Assembly: GCF_001194135.2 (NCBI RefSeq)
Contig: NC_069009.1
Location: 3,106,861-3,142,597 of the forward strand
Direction: 5' to 3'
Length of the DNA stretch: 35,737 bases
DNA from: Octopus bimaculoides
Taxonomy: Eukaryota
The notes below the pieces were generated by a model. It was given only the letters and a program-made list of their open reading frames with translations, did not search any database and was not told the DNA's origin. How positions within the stretch are numbered: position 1 is the first letter of the stretch; the number at the start of each line of letters is the position of its first letter. The translations under genes were made by a program, and so were the position numbers. Shown piece after piece: positions 1 through 11,627 of the stretch.

Positions 1-675
1 CCCTAACCCTAACCCTAACCTTAGGGTTAGGATTAATTGTTTCAGAATCGTTTGTTTATGTAGTCGGCACTTAATGTATATCGGCTGAATGGACGTCAGT
101 GATTGGTTGAAATTACAGAAATACGACAACTTTAACATGGAATAATTTATGGATTTCTTTTTTTTTAAAGAAGACTAAGAGAAAAAGATGTTTTATATGA
201 CCCATTCTACCAGTGTTCCAAGTTTCAAAGTGTTTCGTTAATGAAAAATGTGGCCCCCGTTTTAAAAAAGATCCGAAGCCTTTTACTAAATAATTCTTCA
301 GGGTTTTCGCCTTTTTATTCTTACTCTTGATTAATCTTTTTCAAGCGAGATCGTTGCCAGTGCCCCTGGACTTGTTCATGTCTGAACACAGTGATCTTGG
401 GTTCAATTTGTAGACAGTGAGAGTTGGTGTTTGGGACTTTGCTAGTATTTCTGTTACACTTACTTCCTTCTCATTTCATCCCACTCTAATCTCTTTCTCT
501 CTCTCTCTCAAAAGTCTTTCTCTCCCTCTTTCTTCTTTCTCCCTTCTCTCTCTCCCTCTCTGTATGTCTCTGTCACTCTTACTCCCCCTCCCTCACTAAT
601 CCCTCTCTCTCCCTCCTTCTCTCTATTCTCGCTCTCCCTAATCTCTCTCTCTCTCTCTCTCTCTACCATTTCCAG

Positions 676-842
676 TCCTGCCAATTACAGCGGGTCTCTA
701 CAACGCATGAACTTCCATCCCCTCGGCTATCATCAGCAAGCAGTCAGCGCCACCTACCTCCAGTGAAGTCAATAAAGAAATCCTCAAAACGATGCCTGAC
801 CTGTAGTAAGAAGACGGGGCTAGCATCCAGTTACCAGTGCAG
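676..842 (+). CDS. ZFAND4: AN1-type zinc finger protein (ZFAND4/ANUBL1-like), penultimate coding exon
   Basis: Acceptor ttccag|676 and donor AG|gtatgt at 843. Reads SCQLQRVSTTHELPSPRLSSASSQRHLPPVKSIKKSSKRCLTCSKKTGLASSYQC(R). HLPPVK and KKTGLASSY-CR match the ZFAND4 C-terminus as I recall it. An in-frame alternative acceptor at 691 is possible. Confidence 0.88.
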
Positions 843-864
843 GTATGTTGGCTTTTCTCCTTGT

Positions 865-1215
865 TGTTGATGTTGTTGTTGTTGGCACTCCGTCGCTTAC
901 GACGTCGAGGGTTCCAGTTGATCAAATCAACGGAACAGCCTGCTCGTGAAATTAACGTGCAAGTGGCTGAGCACTCCACAGACACGTGTACCCTTAACGT
1001 AGTTCTCGGGGATATTCAGCGTGACACAAAGTGTGATAAGGCTGACCCCTTCGAATTACAGGCACAACAGAAACAGGAAGTAAGAGTGAGAGAAAGTTGT
1101 GGTGAAAGAGTACAGCAGGGTTCGCCACCATCCCCTGCCGGAGCCTCGTGGAGCTTTAGGTGTTTTCGCTCAATAAACACTCACAACGCCCGGTCTAGAA
1201 ATCGAAACCACAAGC
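865..1215 (-). mobile_element. tRNA-derived SINE (5'-truncated) in the ZFAND4 intron
   Basis: Reverse complement of the element at 29670-30049, with a (TGT)n tail at ~865-885. Explains ORFs 698..985 and 837..1223. Confidence 0.85.
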
Positions 1216-1656
1216 TCTTGTAAACATTTAATAATTCTAGTGAAATACATTCACTGATTTCAAATTTAGAAATAATACATTTCTAAATCTCTCAGAGAGA
1301 TTTATGCAGTAGTGATACGATGAAGTGGTTCTATGCTGTCAACTTAATGTGACAGTCCCCTGAAGGGAATAATACTACTGTTAGTTAGACCTAGGAAGCT
1401 GCACCTCTTCCTGTCTGTCTTGATACATTTCCTGTGTCCTTATTTTTACAAGGGGGAGACAAGCACCTCCACCCAGCTAAGCCTGCATCCAGAGACAGGT
1501 TTCTGAATCTTTGCTCGTCATCAGTCTGGAGTAGTATGACCTGCTAGCCGAAGATTACAATGATGGTATTTTCAAATTCTGTGTGTGTGTCTGTGTGTCT
1601 CTCTCTCTCTCTCTCTCTCTGTTTCATACTTCTTTCTGTCTTCTGTCCACTTCTAG

Positions 1657-1792
1657 ATGCGGCAACAACTTCTGCTCTGCGCATCGGTACGCTGAGACTC
1701 ATGACTGCACATTTGACTACAAAGCTGAAGGTCGGAAAATCATCAGACAGAACAACCCTGTAATAAAGGCGTCGAAATTGCCGAAAATTTGA
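1657..1792 (+). CDS. ZFAND4: AN1-type zinc finger protein (ZFAND4-like), final coding exon with stop
   Basis: Acceptor ttctag|1657, phase-compatible with the previous exon (AG|A = Arg). Reads CGNNFCSAHRYAETHDCTFDYKAEGRKIIRQNNPVIKASKLPKI*, completing the AN1 finger; KLPKI* is the family-typical end. TGA at 1790-1792. Confidence 0.92.
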
Positions 1793-2669
1793 GAAACACA
1801 CACACACACACATGCATATATATGTTTAAAAAAAAAAAAAAGAAAAGAAAAGGAATTATTTAAAATAAAATAAAATCACAAGAAAAAGAAAACCCCCCAC
1901 CAAATAAAAATACTTCAAAAAACGGCCCCTTAAAAATATTTCCTCCACCTCGCCACCTAATATGCCAAAAAAAAAAAAAAGCAAGAAGAGAACACCCCAT
2001 CCCCAAGGACTAGAGGCTAAACCCACCGGTCAGTTGAAAGTATCGCATAAAATACTGTTAATAAGATTACTATTACCAATGTGGTTGTTGTTGTTGTTAT
2101 TTGTGTGTGTGTGTATGAAGGTATGTGGCTTAGTGGTTTGGGCATTTGGTTTATGAGCATGAGGACATAAGTTCAATTCCCATCAGGAATTCCATAAATA
2201 CACATTTTTATGTAGTGATTTCTGCCTCACTGTTGCTCTGTCTCATTCTAACTTTTCATCATCTGACACAAGATCACCTCCTTCAGTCCCCACTCCCTTC
2301 TTAAAATTCCCTGTCTTGCAGGTTACTTGGTGACCCTGCCGTTGCTGGTGCCACATAAAATGCATCCAGTCGACACTGTGAAGTGGTTGGCATTTGGAAG
2401 GGCGTCCAGCTGTAAAAGCCATGCCAAAACTGAACTTGCCTGTGCTTGTGCCACATAAAAAGCACTCAATCCGCTCTATAGAGTCTCTGCTAAGATCTGA
2501 AGAAAGAATTGTAATTCCGAAATATCATCGGACTATAGATAACCAAATTACAACAGGTATATAGTCCATTTTTTGTTTTATAGTGTATTGTTGTACCATT
2601 CTAAACTTTTATTCTTTACAAACAATACACAATGCTTCAAGCGAACTACAATACTCTACTAACATCAAG

Positions 2670-3560
2670 AAGTCTTCTCATGAATGTGATCTGGACATTA
2701 CTGTCAGCAGCGGTTTGCGCTGGACAAAGCACATCTCTAAAATTGTCAAGAAGGCCGAGGGGTGTCTTGGCATCTCTCAGCCGCTTTGTAAGCTACTCTC
2801 CAGCTATCTAAAAGCTGTACCTGGCTATGGTGCAGCCACACTTGGAATTTGCATCACCTGTCTGGAACCCCTATCTTGCTCAGGACATTGACCTCCTGAA
2901 AACTGTTCAGAGATGTTTAACCAAGTGAATATCCTCCATCAGGCATCTACCACACTCTGAACGCTTTGCTTCCCTGGGCAAGCTGGCAGAAAGACAGCAC
3001 TCCAAAAAGATGAAAGGCAAAGTTGACCTCAGCAGAATTTGAACTCGGAATGTAAAGGCTGTGAGCTGGCAGAAATGTTAGCACCCTGGACGAAATGCTT
3101 AGTGGTATTTCGTCTGCCGCTACGTTCTGAGTTCAAATTCCGCCAAGGTCAACTTTGCCTTTCATCCTTTCAGGGGTCGATAAAATAAGTACCAGTTACG
3201 CACTGGGGTCGATGTAATCGACTTAATCCCTTTGTCTGCCCTCGTTTGTCCCCTCTATGTTTAGCCCCTTGTGGGCAATAAAGAAATAAGATACATTGAA
3301 GCTCTGACTTGGTAAATACCCACAAAATTATTAACCATCATGCCAACAACTATCTTGTGGGAATGCCTACAAAGTCAGATAACAGCACAGTTCCCATGAC
3401 TTTCAGAAACATTTTTCCACACTCAGAGTTACTGAAGCATGGAACAGACTACCTGCATCAGTTGTTAGCTGCCAAGACATTGCATCCTTTAAAACCTCCC
3501 AGCTTCCTGAAATTCGCCAACTCCACACCTGATATCCTACCCACCTCCATACGCATGCAC
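2670..3560 (+). mobile_element. Decayed CR1/L2-clade LINE ORF2 3' fragment, interrupted by SINE insertions
   Basis: Frameshifted RT C-terminal motifs DLDITVSSGLRWTKHISKIVKKAEG...HLEFASPVWNPY...SLG before 2980. After the insert it resumes with DLVNTHKIIN and YKVR*QHSSHDFQKHFSTLRVTEAWNRLPASVV. Confidence 0.8.
2980..3290. mobile_element. Two head-to-head copies of one SINE family (partial - copy ~2980-3056, + copy ~3058-3290)
   Basis: Core gttcaaattc...ggtcaactttgcctttcatcctttc-ggggtcgataaa recurs at 9640-9827 (+), ~15005-15060 (+) and 34940-35090 (-). Confidence 0.8.
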
Positions 3561-3689
3561 ACATGTATATCATGACACATTCACTGTTCACTTTCCTGAC
3601 TTCTGTACATAATTCTCTGTACGGTATATGCACCTGTGATGAGTTGTAGTGCAGCTGACCACTATATACGATAATTCCATTATTATTTA

Positions 3690-3778
3690 AAGTTATTTTA
3701 CTAAATTCTTGGTTATTTTCAAAATAATTGAAACAAAGGCAGTGTATTTCAACAGAAATATGGTAACGAAAGGGTTAA
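3690..3778. mobile_element. piggyBac-like MITE terminus
   Basis: Ends ...atatggtaacgaaAGGG-TTAA. The same ~85-nt end recurs at ~3915-3990 and ~17660-17741. A related AGGG-TTAA end is at 29009-29037 with an inverse partner at 14791-14820. CCCT/AGGG termini with TTAA targets are the piggyBac signature. Confidence 0.55.
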
Positions 3779-4479
3779 AGTAAGCTAAATTTAACCCTTC
3801 CATCAAAATAAAGTTAATACAGTTCTATGTTGAAGAGATGAGGAATTACGTACCAACAAACAAGATGAGGGTAAATATCCGTCAAATGTAAATAATGTAA
3901 ATAAAGACAAAGTTATTTTATTAAATTCTTCGATATTTGCAAAATTAAATTGAAACAAAGGCGGTATAGTTCAACAGAAATATGGTAACGAAAAGCATTG
4001 TTAAAAAAACCCCCTCAACTGAAGTCCAAGGAAGGTAATTCAGTCATTTACAAATATTCAGCTTTGTCCAAGATGATTCCACATCAAAATGAATCGTGGG
4101 TAGGGAGGGACCTATTGGTGGACGCTACATATACTAGACATAGCAGTCAAATCTATCTCCCGCTAAATACATAATATGATTCATATGGTCTGTGGCCATG
4201 CTGGAGCGCTGACTTGAAATGTTATTTGAACAAACTGAACGCCAGTGCATATTTCTTTTTTTACAGTCTGGTATTTATTTTTTCTGCTTCTTTTTGGGGA
4301 TGTAAACAAACGAACACTACTTGTCAAACATTGGTGGGGGAACAAACACGAAGACACACACGCACAAATATATATCATTATAGCTGTTCCATTCAAGACC
4401 AGCGTGCCATTTAGTGGATTACATTTGTCCAGCATAATCCTCCTTCATATACATAAATAGAAACATATATACATACATC

Positions 4480-4511
<32 letters not shown>

Positions 4512-4512
4512 A

Positions 4513-4665
4513 ATGGGTGTGTGATAAGAAACTTGCTTCCCAACCAAATGGTTCCAGGTTCAGTCCCACTGTGTACTACTTTAGGCAAGTGTCTTTTACT
4601 ATAGCCCAAGGCTGACCAAAGCTCTTGTTAATGGATTTGGTAAATGGAAACTGAAAGAAGCCGCA
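4513..4665 (+). mobile_element. Abundant octopus-type SINE (gtggtaag...ggttcagtcccactgcgtggcaccttgggcaagtgtcttctactatagcc...)
   Basis: One of many copies. + strand: ~11168-11330, 11895-12211, 23385-23485, 28290-28400, 28730-28980, 31975-32139, 32720-32880, and 3' parts at 34340-34740. - strand: ~14235-14405, 15405-15655, 23619-23722. Usually followed by (TA)n/(TG)n. Confidence 0.85.
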
Positions 4666-5438
4666 GTGTAAATGTACATCCTTCCATCCATACATACGTA
4701 AATACAAATGAAAATACCCTGTTGATGTTGTTGAAATGGCAATGAACGAGCCCTGGATCTAGGTTAGAAACCAGCACTTTCTCTATTGGTAAGAAATCTT
4801 GAAATAAAATTGAATAACGGCGTACATACATACAGGGCTTACCAAATAACTGTTTGTTTAGCAAATAAATGCACGAAACTTCCAGCACTATAATTGCCAA
4901 TTATTAATATGATACAATACACTACATGGTGGAATTCTGATATAAGCACCCGATATAACTCCGCAATACTCTTTTATTTTGGGGAATTTTCAGTAAAATT
5001 TTTGCAAATTTTTATTCTCACTTGGGAATTCATACAATTATGCAAAACATTGTTTTTGTGTGTGTGTAATTTAGCTGATGTTGAAGGACGATTTAGCTGT
5101 TGTTTTTAGCACATCTCACGACCACCTGATACCTTCCTTCCCATAAACATATTTAATAGAGCGATGATGCTCCCAAACGATGGTCCATTACTGGGATTTA
5201 AGCAAAAAAAAATTTGGACTGTCCCTATTTTAAACTTTGCTTAAAAAAGAATTTGAAAAAAGAGCAGAACTTTTAGGATTTATGGATGTGGGGTGGGCTT
5301 AAAAAATTAAAAAGAAATTTTTTTTTCATAATCGTATGAATTCTCGTGTGGAACACAAATTCGCCAAAAAAAAATTCTGAAAATTCCCCCAAATAATAAC
5401 GTTATGAGGAGTTACATGGGGTGTTTAAACCAGAATTG

Positions 5439-5550
<112 letters not shown>

Positions 5551-5899
5551 GGAAGATCGCCGCCAATGCTTTTCTTTAAGCCTGGTTCTTATTTTAATTG
5601 TCGTTTGTGCTGAATTGCAAAGTTACGGGGACATAAACAAACGAATACCAGTTTTTAAGTGATGATGAGATACAAATACAAAAGCAAAACCGACAACACT
5701 AAACAGAAGTTATGTCGGATTTTGCCGACGCTATAGTACACAATTACTTTGTATAGCTTACAAAGCCTTGTTCCGTTCATAATTACAACAGAGAATGTGC
5801 TTTGTGCCTGTGAATCACGACACGTACTACACACTGTCGTCTCCTCTTCCCACTTCTCTAATAGTCAGTTATACAACATCTCTGCTACCACCTCACACT

Positions 5900-6327
5900 C
5901 TCTTACATCCTCGTCCGTCATCTAACCAGCCAGCCCAACCAGCCAAACCGGCCCGCCCGCCGTGCTCGCAAGCTCTGCTCGCCCGCAACCGGAAGTCACC
6001 CATCATGCAACAGCAACAATGCCGTTGAACGCAAGGGCGTCGTGCGGGAGGCCTTCTGAGTCTCCTATTATTGCTTAATTTACCCCCTTTTTTTTTTTTT
6101 AAAAGAAACCTTACTCTGAGCCTTCTTACACACACACACACACATATATATATATCACATATATATACATATCCATATATCTATATTGGGGGCTGAGCCC
6201 CGCCGAACCCGAAGTTTAACCGAACAAAATAACGAGCCAACCCAACCAGCGAAACGAACCCACACAACCTGATCTACCAGATTACGTCCGTTTGGGTTCT
6301 GGGTACTAAGTTCGAACCCTTGCCGGA
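5900..6327 (+). promoter_or_regulatory. Candidate XPO6 promoter / 5' UTR (CpG-rich patch)
   Basis: The only non-repeat, non-coding CpG-rich patch between the two genes. Has GC-box-like ggcccgcccgcc (5950-5961) and an exact ETS-type ACCGGAAGT (5988-5996). The first visible XPO6 exon lacks an ATG, so an upstream exon is needed. Confidence 0.55.
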
Positions 6328-6618
6328 NNNNNNNNNNNNNNNNNNNNNNNNNNNNNNNNNNNNNNNNNNNNNNNNNNNNNNNNNNNNNNNNNNNNNNNNN
6401 NNNNNNNNNNNNNNNNNNNNNNNNNNNNNNNNNNNNNNNNNNNNNNNNNNNNNNNNNNNNNNNNNNNNNNNNNNNNNNNNNNNNNNNNNNNNNNNNNNNN
6501 NNNNNNNNNNNNNNNNNNNNNNNNNNNNNNNNNNNNNNNNNNNNNNNNNNNNNNNNNNNNNNNNNNNNNNNNNNNNNNNNNNNNNNNNNNNNNNNNNNNN
6601 NNNNNNNNNNNNNNNNNN

Positions 6619-6653
<35 letters not shown>

Positions 6654-6966
6654 GTGTGTGTGTGTATAGAGCGGGTGTGTATTATATTTATATATTATGT
6701 ATTACTTTGTGACATCCTTAAGGATGGAGTCTATCTATCTATCTTGTATAAAGAGTTGGTATGTAGTATATACGTTACATAAGGATTATGTGTCTGTATG
6801 TATGTATAATACATATATACATAGATATGTGTATATATATATATATATATATGTATGTATCTATATATGTGTGTGTGTGTCTTGGATATTGTACGTTATG
6901 TATTCGCTCTGCTGAAGAGGACAGCTAGCCATCAGGGATGGTGTGTAGAATTTGTGTACAATATGT

Positions 6967-7001
<35 letters not shown>

Positions 7002-7804
7002 CACACACACACACATATATATATATCTATATTGCATGTATGTATATTGATTGGATACAGTGTGTATATTATTATATCGGTTATTCATATATACACAATA
7101 TATATATCGGTTATTATATATACACACATATACACAATATAGGTTCAGTATATAATGCCTCTAAAGTATATAAACACACTTTTTTTTACTTGTTCCAACC
7201 ATGTAGTGTCATATATGATCTCACTTACCCATACTGGAAATCGAAACCGGATTGTCTAGATGTCCGTGTATATCGAATGTACGTTATGTATTTGCTTTTG
7301 TACTTTATCCATTGTATGCATATGTGTGTGTGTGTGTGTTTATAGCATAGTGTGTCATCATTTAACGTCACCTTTTCCACGCTGGCATGGGTTGGACAGT
7401 TCATTATGAACTGACGAGTCAGAAGACTGTGTTGAGCTTATGTCTACTTGACCTCTCAAACGAGTAGGGTACAATATTGAGTGGTACTTATATATATATT
7501 ATATACTGTGTATATAGAACAGTTTCATGTAGTCGTTTCTTCATGAATGACGTGTATATATCATATTGTATAGTATGTATATTATATATAGATTCACACA
7601 ATATGAGGTAAGTCTGGAAAGATTACAGAGGTGCTAGAGCGGAGATGTGTGTGCTATGTACAAGAGGTAAGGTAGAGAGGCACCTCAGCCAGACTCATGA
7701 GGGAGTCACATAAGTACATGATTCTGGGTTGGTCGGCTTGCAATATTGATGGATGAAAAAAAGGCATAGATGAAGTAACTTGGTCAGCATATGTGACCAA
7801 TAAG

Positions 7805-8420
7805 ATCATCATCGTTTAACGTCCGCTTTCTATGCTAGCATGGGTTGGACGATTTGACTGAGCACTGGTGAAACCAGATGGCTGCACCAGGCTCCAATCT
7901 GATCTGGCAGAGTTTCTACAGCTGGATGCCCTTCCTAATGCCAACCACTCCGATAGTGTAGTGGGTGCTTTTACGTGCCACCAGCACGAAGGCCANNNNN
8001 NNNNNNNNNNNNNNNNNNNNNNNNNNNNNNNNNNNNNNNNNNNNNNNNNNNNNNNNNNNNNNNNNNNNNNNNNNNNNNNNNNNNNNNNNNNNNNNNNNNN
8101 NNNNNNNNNNNNNNNNNNNNNNNATATATATATATATATATATCATCATCGTTTAACATCCGCTTTCCATGCTGGCGTGGGTTGGACGATTTAACCAAGG
8201 ACTGGTGAACCAGATGGCTGCACCAGGCTCCAATCTGATCTGGCAGAGTTTCTACAGCTGGATGCCCTTCCTAACGCCGACCACTCCGAGAGTGTAGTGG
8301 GTGCTTTTACGTGCCACCAACACGAGGGCCAGTCACACAGTACTGGCAACGGCCACGCTCAAAAAGGTGTTTTTTACGTGCCACCTGCACGGGAGCCAGT
8401 GTATTGGAGTGCTTTTTACG
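7805..8420 (-). mobile_element. RTE-LINE-type 3' end / RTE-tailed repeat copies (two, separated by a gap)
   Basis: (CAT)n cgtttaacgtccgctttccatgctagcatgggttggacg...ggatgcccttcctaacgccaaccactcc...ttttacgtgccac. Other copies: 13605-13945 (+), 15060-15245 (-), 21420-21800 (-), 30585-30815 (-), 33560-33995 (+). The gtggcacgtaaa module also occurs next to the RTE ORF end at ~10255-10275. Confidence 0.75.
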
Positions 8421-8757
8421 TGGCACCAGTACAGGCGAGGTCAGTTTTGGCGTGGTTTTTACAGATATATGCCCTTCCAAATGCCAGCCACTTTACAGTG
8501 TGGACTGGATGCTTTTTACCTGGTACCTGCACTGGCAAGGTCAACTATAACTTGCAAGACAAAAGAACCTTTGAGAGGGTAGAGGGCATTATTTAATATC
8601 TGTTGGCTTGGCAGGAGCTGGTGAGCCTGAGGACTGCATCAAGCTTTCCTGTCTGCTTTCTACAGCTCGGCTGGATGCCCTTCCCAATGCAAACTATTTT
8701 ACAAAGTGTATTGGATGTTTTTTATGTGGTATTGAGGGCGGTAGCTTTGTGCCAGAC

Positions 8758-9027
8758 ATGATAGAAACGGACAGGCACATACGTCTTGCTGGAGAGGAGA
8801 TACGTGGCTACCTCTCATTATATAAGGGTGGGTGGCTTTGTGTTAGGTGTTGAGAGGTTAAAGTATGATAGAAGGGACAGGAACAGGTTTCTTGCTGGAG
8901 AGGAGATACATGGATACCTCACATTATATAAGGGTGGGTGGCTTTGTGTTAGGTGTTGAGAGGTTAAAGTATGATAGAAGGGACAGGAACAGGTTCCTTG
9001 CTGGAGAGGAGATACATGGCTACCTCA
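8758..9027. repeat. Tandem repeat, ~106-bp unit, ~2.5 copies
   Basis: gatagaa...ggacagg...cttgctggagaggagatac...ttatataagggtgggtggctttgtgttagg starts at 8760, 8867 and 8973. Confidence 0.92.
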
Positions 9028-9219
9028 AAATAGTCAAATCTGGTCTCTCACATCTGCCCTACAGTGCCATTCTTAAAATATACAATCACATCATTGAAAT
9101 CTCAAAGCTATGAGATAATGCAGGATTAATTTAAAACAATGTGGATAAATAAGGATTATATTTGATAGAACAGTCTGAATGTTAGAGAGTTAATATCTGT
9201 TTTCTATCTGAGAAGCCTA

Positions 9220-9610
9220 CAATACATCCTGGGTGTATATCCTGGTAATACAGGCTGCTCAACGCTGAGGTCCTGAATTATGCAGGCCTTCCCAGCATGT
9301 TCACCCTGTTTTGGCAGTGCAGACTGCGCTGGCTAGGATGCGTCCACTGCATGAAGGATGTCCGCATCCCAGAGAACGTTCTCTATGGGGAGCTGGCGTC
9401 TGGAAGAAGAGCCACTGGCCAACCTCAGCTGTGATACAGGGATGCTTTATAAAGAGATTTGAAGGCCCTTGTTATCAACATAGAGTCTTGGGAGAGCCTT
9501 GCAGCTGACCAGCCAACATGGAGGGACACCCTGAATGAGCACCAAGTCAGGGGAAAGAGGTTAATGAGCAGAGGAGCAGACAAGCAAGCCCAACAAAAGG
9601 GGCCATTTGT
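9220..9610 (+). mobile_element. Decayed RTE (BovB-like) LINE ORF2 C-terminal fragment
   Basis: From 9261 reads NAEVLNYAGLPSMFTLFWQCRLRWLGCVHCMKDVRIPENVLYGELASGRRATGQPQL*YRDAL*RDLKAL...SWESLAADQPTWR; has the RLRWLG and LYGEL motifs and in-frame stops. Confidence 0.85.
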
Positions 9611-10049
9611 GTGACACCAGTATCTGCCATGACTGTGATTAGTAGTATTTCGTCTGCCACTACGTTCTGAGTTCAAATTCTGCCGAGGTCAACTTTGCCT
9701 TTCATCCTTTCGGGGTCGATTAAATAAGTACCAGTTACGCACTGCGGTCGATGTAATTGACTTAATCCCTTTGTCTGTCCTTGTTTGTCCCCTCTGTGTG
9801 TAGCCCCTTGTGGGCAGTAAAGAAATATGACTGGGATTTTGCTCAGCTTGATGGGGCTTCTTTTCAAGCGCAACATAATGCCAAAGGTCTGTCGTTGCCT
9901 CTGTGAGGCCCAACACTCGAAAGAACTCAGCCACTTTGCTTCCGTGAGGCCCAACGATTCANNNNNNNNNNTGGGCAGTAAAGAAATATGACTGGGATTT
10001 TGCTCAGCTTGATGGGGCTTCTTTTCAAGCGCAACATAATGCCAAAGGT

Positions 10050-10250
10050 CTGTCGTTGCCTCTGTGAGGCCCAACACTCGAAAGAACTCAGCCACTTTGC
10101 TTCCGTGAGGCCCAACGATTCAAAGGAACTCAGATACTTTCACCTCCATGAGGCCCAACACTTGAAAGGAACTCAGCCACTTTGTTCCGTGAGGCCCAAC
10201 ACTCAAAAGGGACTCGGCCACTTTGCCTCTGTAAGGCCCAATGCTCCAAC
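10050..10250 (-). repeat. 41-43-bp minisatellite derived from the RTE ORF2 terminus
   Basis: aggcccaa at 10067, 10108, 10151, 10192 and 10234; on the minus strand this is the LGLTEA segment of the adjacent RTE. Confidence 0.8.
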
Positions 10251-10312
10251 AGTGCTCTTTACGTGCCACTGGCATGGGTGCCAGTTACATCAACATCAGC
10301 TATGATTAGATT

Positions 10313-10890
10313 TCACTTGGCTTGACTGGTCTTCTCAAGCGCAGCATAACGCCAAAGGTCTCCGTCACTAGTCATTGCCTCTGTGAGGCCCAACATTCGA
10401 GGATCATGCTTCACCACTTCATCCCATGTCTTCCTGGGTCTACCTCTACCACAAGTTCCCTCCACAGTTATAGACCAGCACTTCTTTACACAGCTGTCCG
10501 CATTCATACGCATCACATGACCATACCAGTGCCGTCGTCTCTCTTGCACACCACATCTGATTCCTCTTATGCCGAGCTTTTCTCTCAAGATACTTACACT
10601 CTGTTGAACAGGCACATTGATGTTGCACATCCAGCAAAGCATACTGGCTTCATTTCTTTCCAGCCTATGAATTTCCTTGGCTGTCATAGCCCATGTTAAA
10701 CTGTTGTGTAACATAGATATTCGCACACAGGCATCATACAATCTGCTTTTCACTCTGAGGGAGAGGCCCTTCATTGCTAGCAGAGGTAGGAGTTCTCTGA
10801 ACTTTGCCCAGCCTAATCTTATTCTCACAGCTACGCTATAGTAGTACCCTGCTCCGCTACTAACTTGGTCACCTAGATAACAGAAGCTAC
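10313..10890 (-). mobile_element. 5'-truncated RTE-clade LINE, ORF2 C-terminus
   Basis: FCYLGDQVSSG...VRIRLGWAKFRELLPLL...KSRLYDACVRISMLH...WYGHVMRM...GRGRPRKTWDEVVKHD is the post-RT region of RTE elements. The N-terminal part of ORF 10313..11074 is only (CA/TA) microsatellite. Confidence 0.88.
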
Positions 10891-11551
10891 ATACACTCGT
10901 AAACACAGGCAAACATACACACACATTCACACACAAACATACATATATACACATAAATAGATACGGACACAAACACATACACGCATACACATACACGCAT
11001 ACACATACATAAACTCCTGCATATGCACACATAAACACACAAGCAAGCACATACACATACACAAACGCATACACACAAACTCATACATCCATACATACAC
11101 ACAAACACATACATACACACAAATATATACATACGTTCATATGCACACACATAAATACATACATACATGCAGGAGTGGTTGTGTGGTAAGTAGCTTGCTT
11201 ACCAACCACATGGTTCCGGGTTCAGTCCCACTGCGTGGCATCTTAGGCAAGCGTCTTCTACTATAGCCTTGGGCCGACCAAAGCCTTCTGAGTGGATTTG
11301 GTAGACGGTAACTGAAAGAAGCCCGTCGTATATATGTGTGTATATTTGTGTATTATTGTACATATGTATATTATATGTGTGTATTATTCCCTATAAATAT
11401 ATTTATTTATATAAGGGCATTACTACACATAAATGCCTCACGTTAAGAGGGACTCTAAAGTCAAACTTTTAGAGTCCCTCCTAGCGTGAGGCATTTATGT
11501 ATAGTAATGCCCTTATACAAACATATATATATATATATTTATATTTATATA

Positions 11552-11627
<76 letters not shown>

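Noticed and set aside
1-31. Chromosome end or telomere fusion site
   Set aside because: Only about five hexamers, the orientation is opposite to a fusion, and it lies inside a gene.
7603-7613. ATGAG|gtaagt as the XPO6 start exon
   Set aside because: Strong donor but phase 2; joining to 13353 gives the wrong frame. The same applies to ATGTACAAGAG|gtaagg near 7655-7670.
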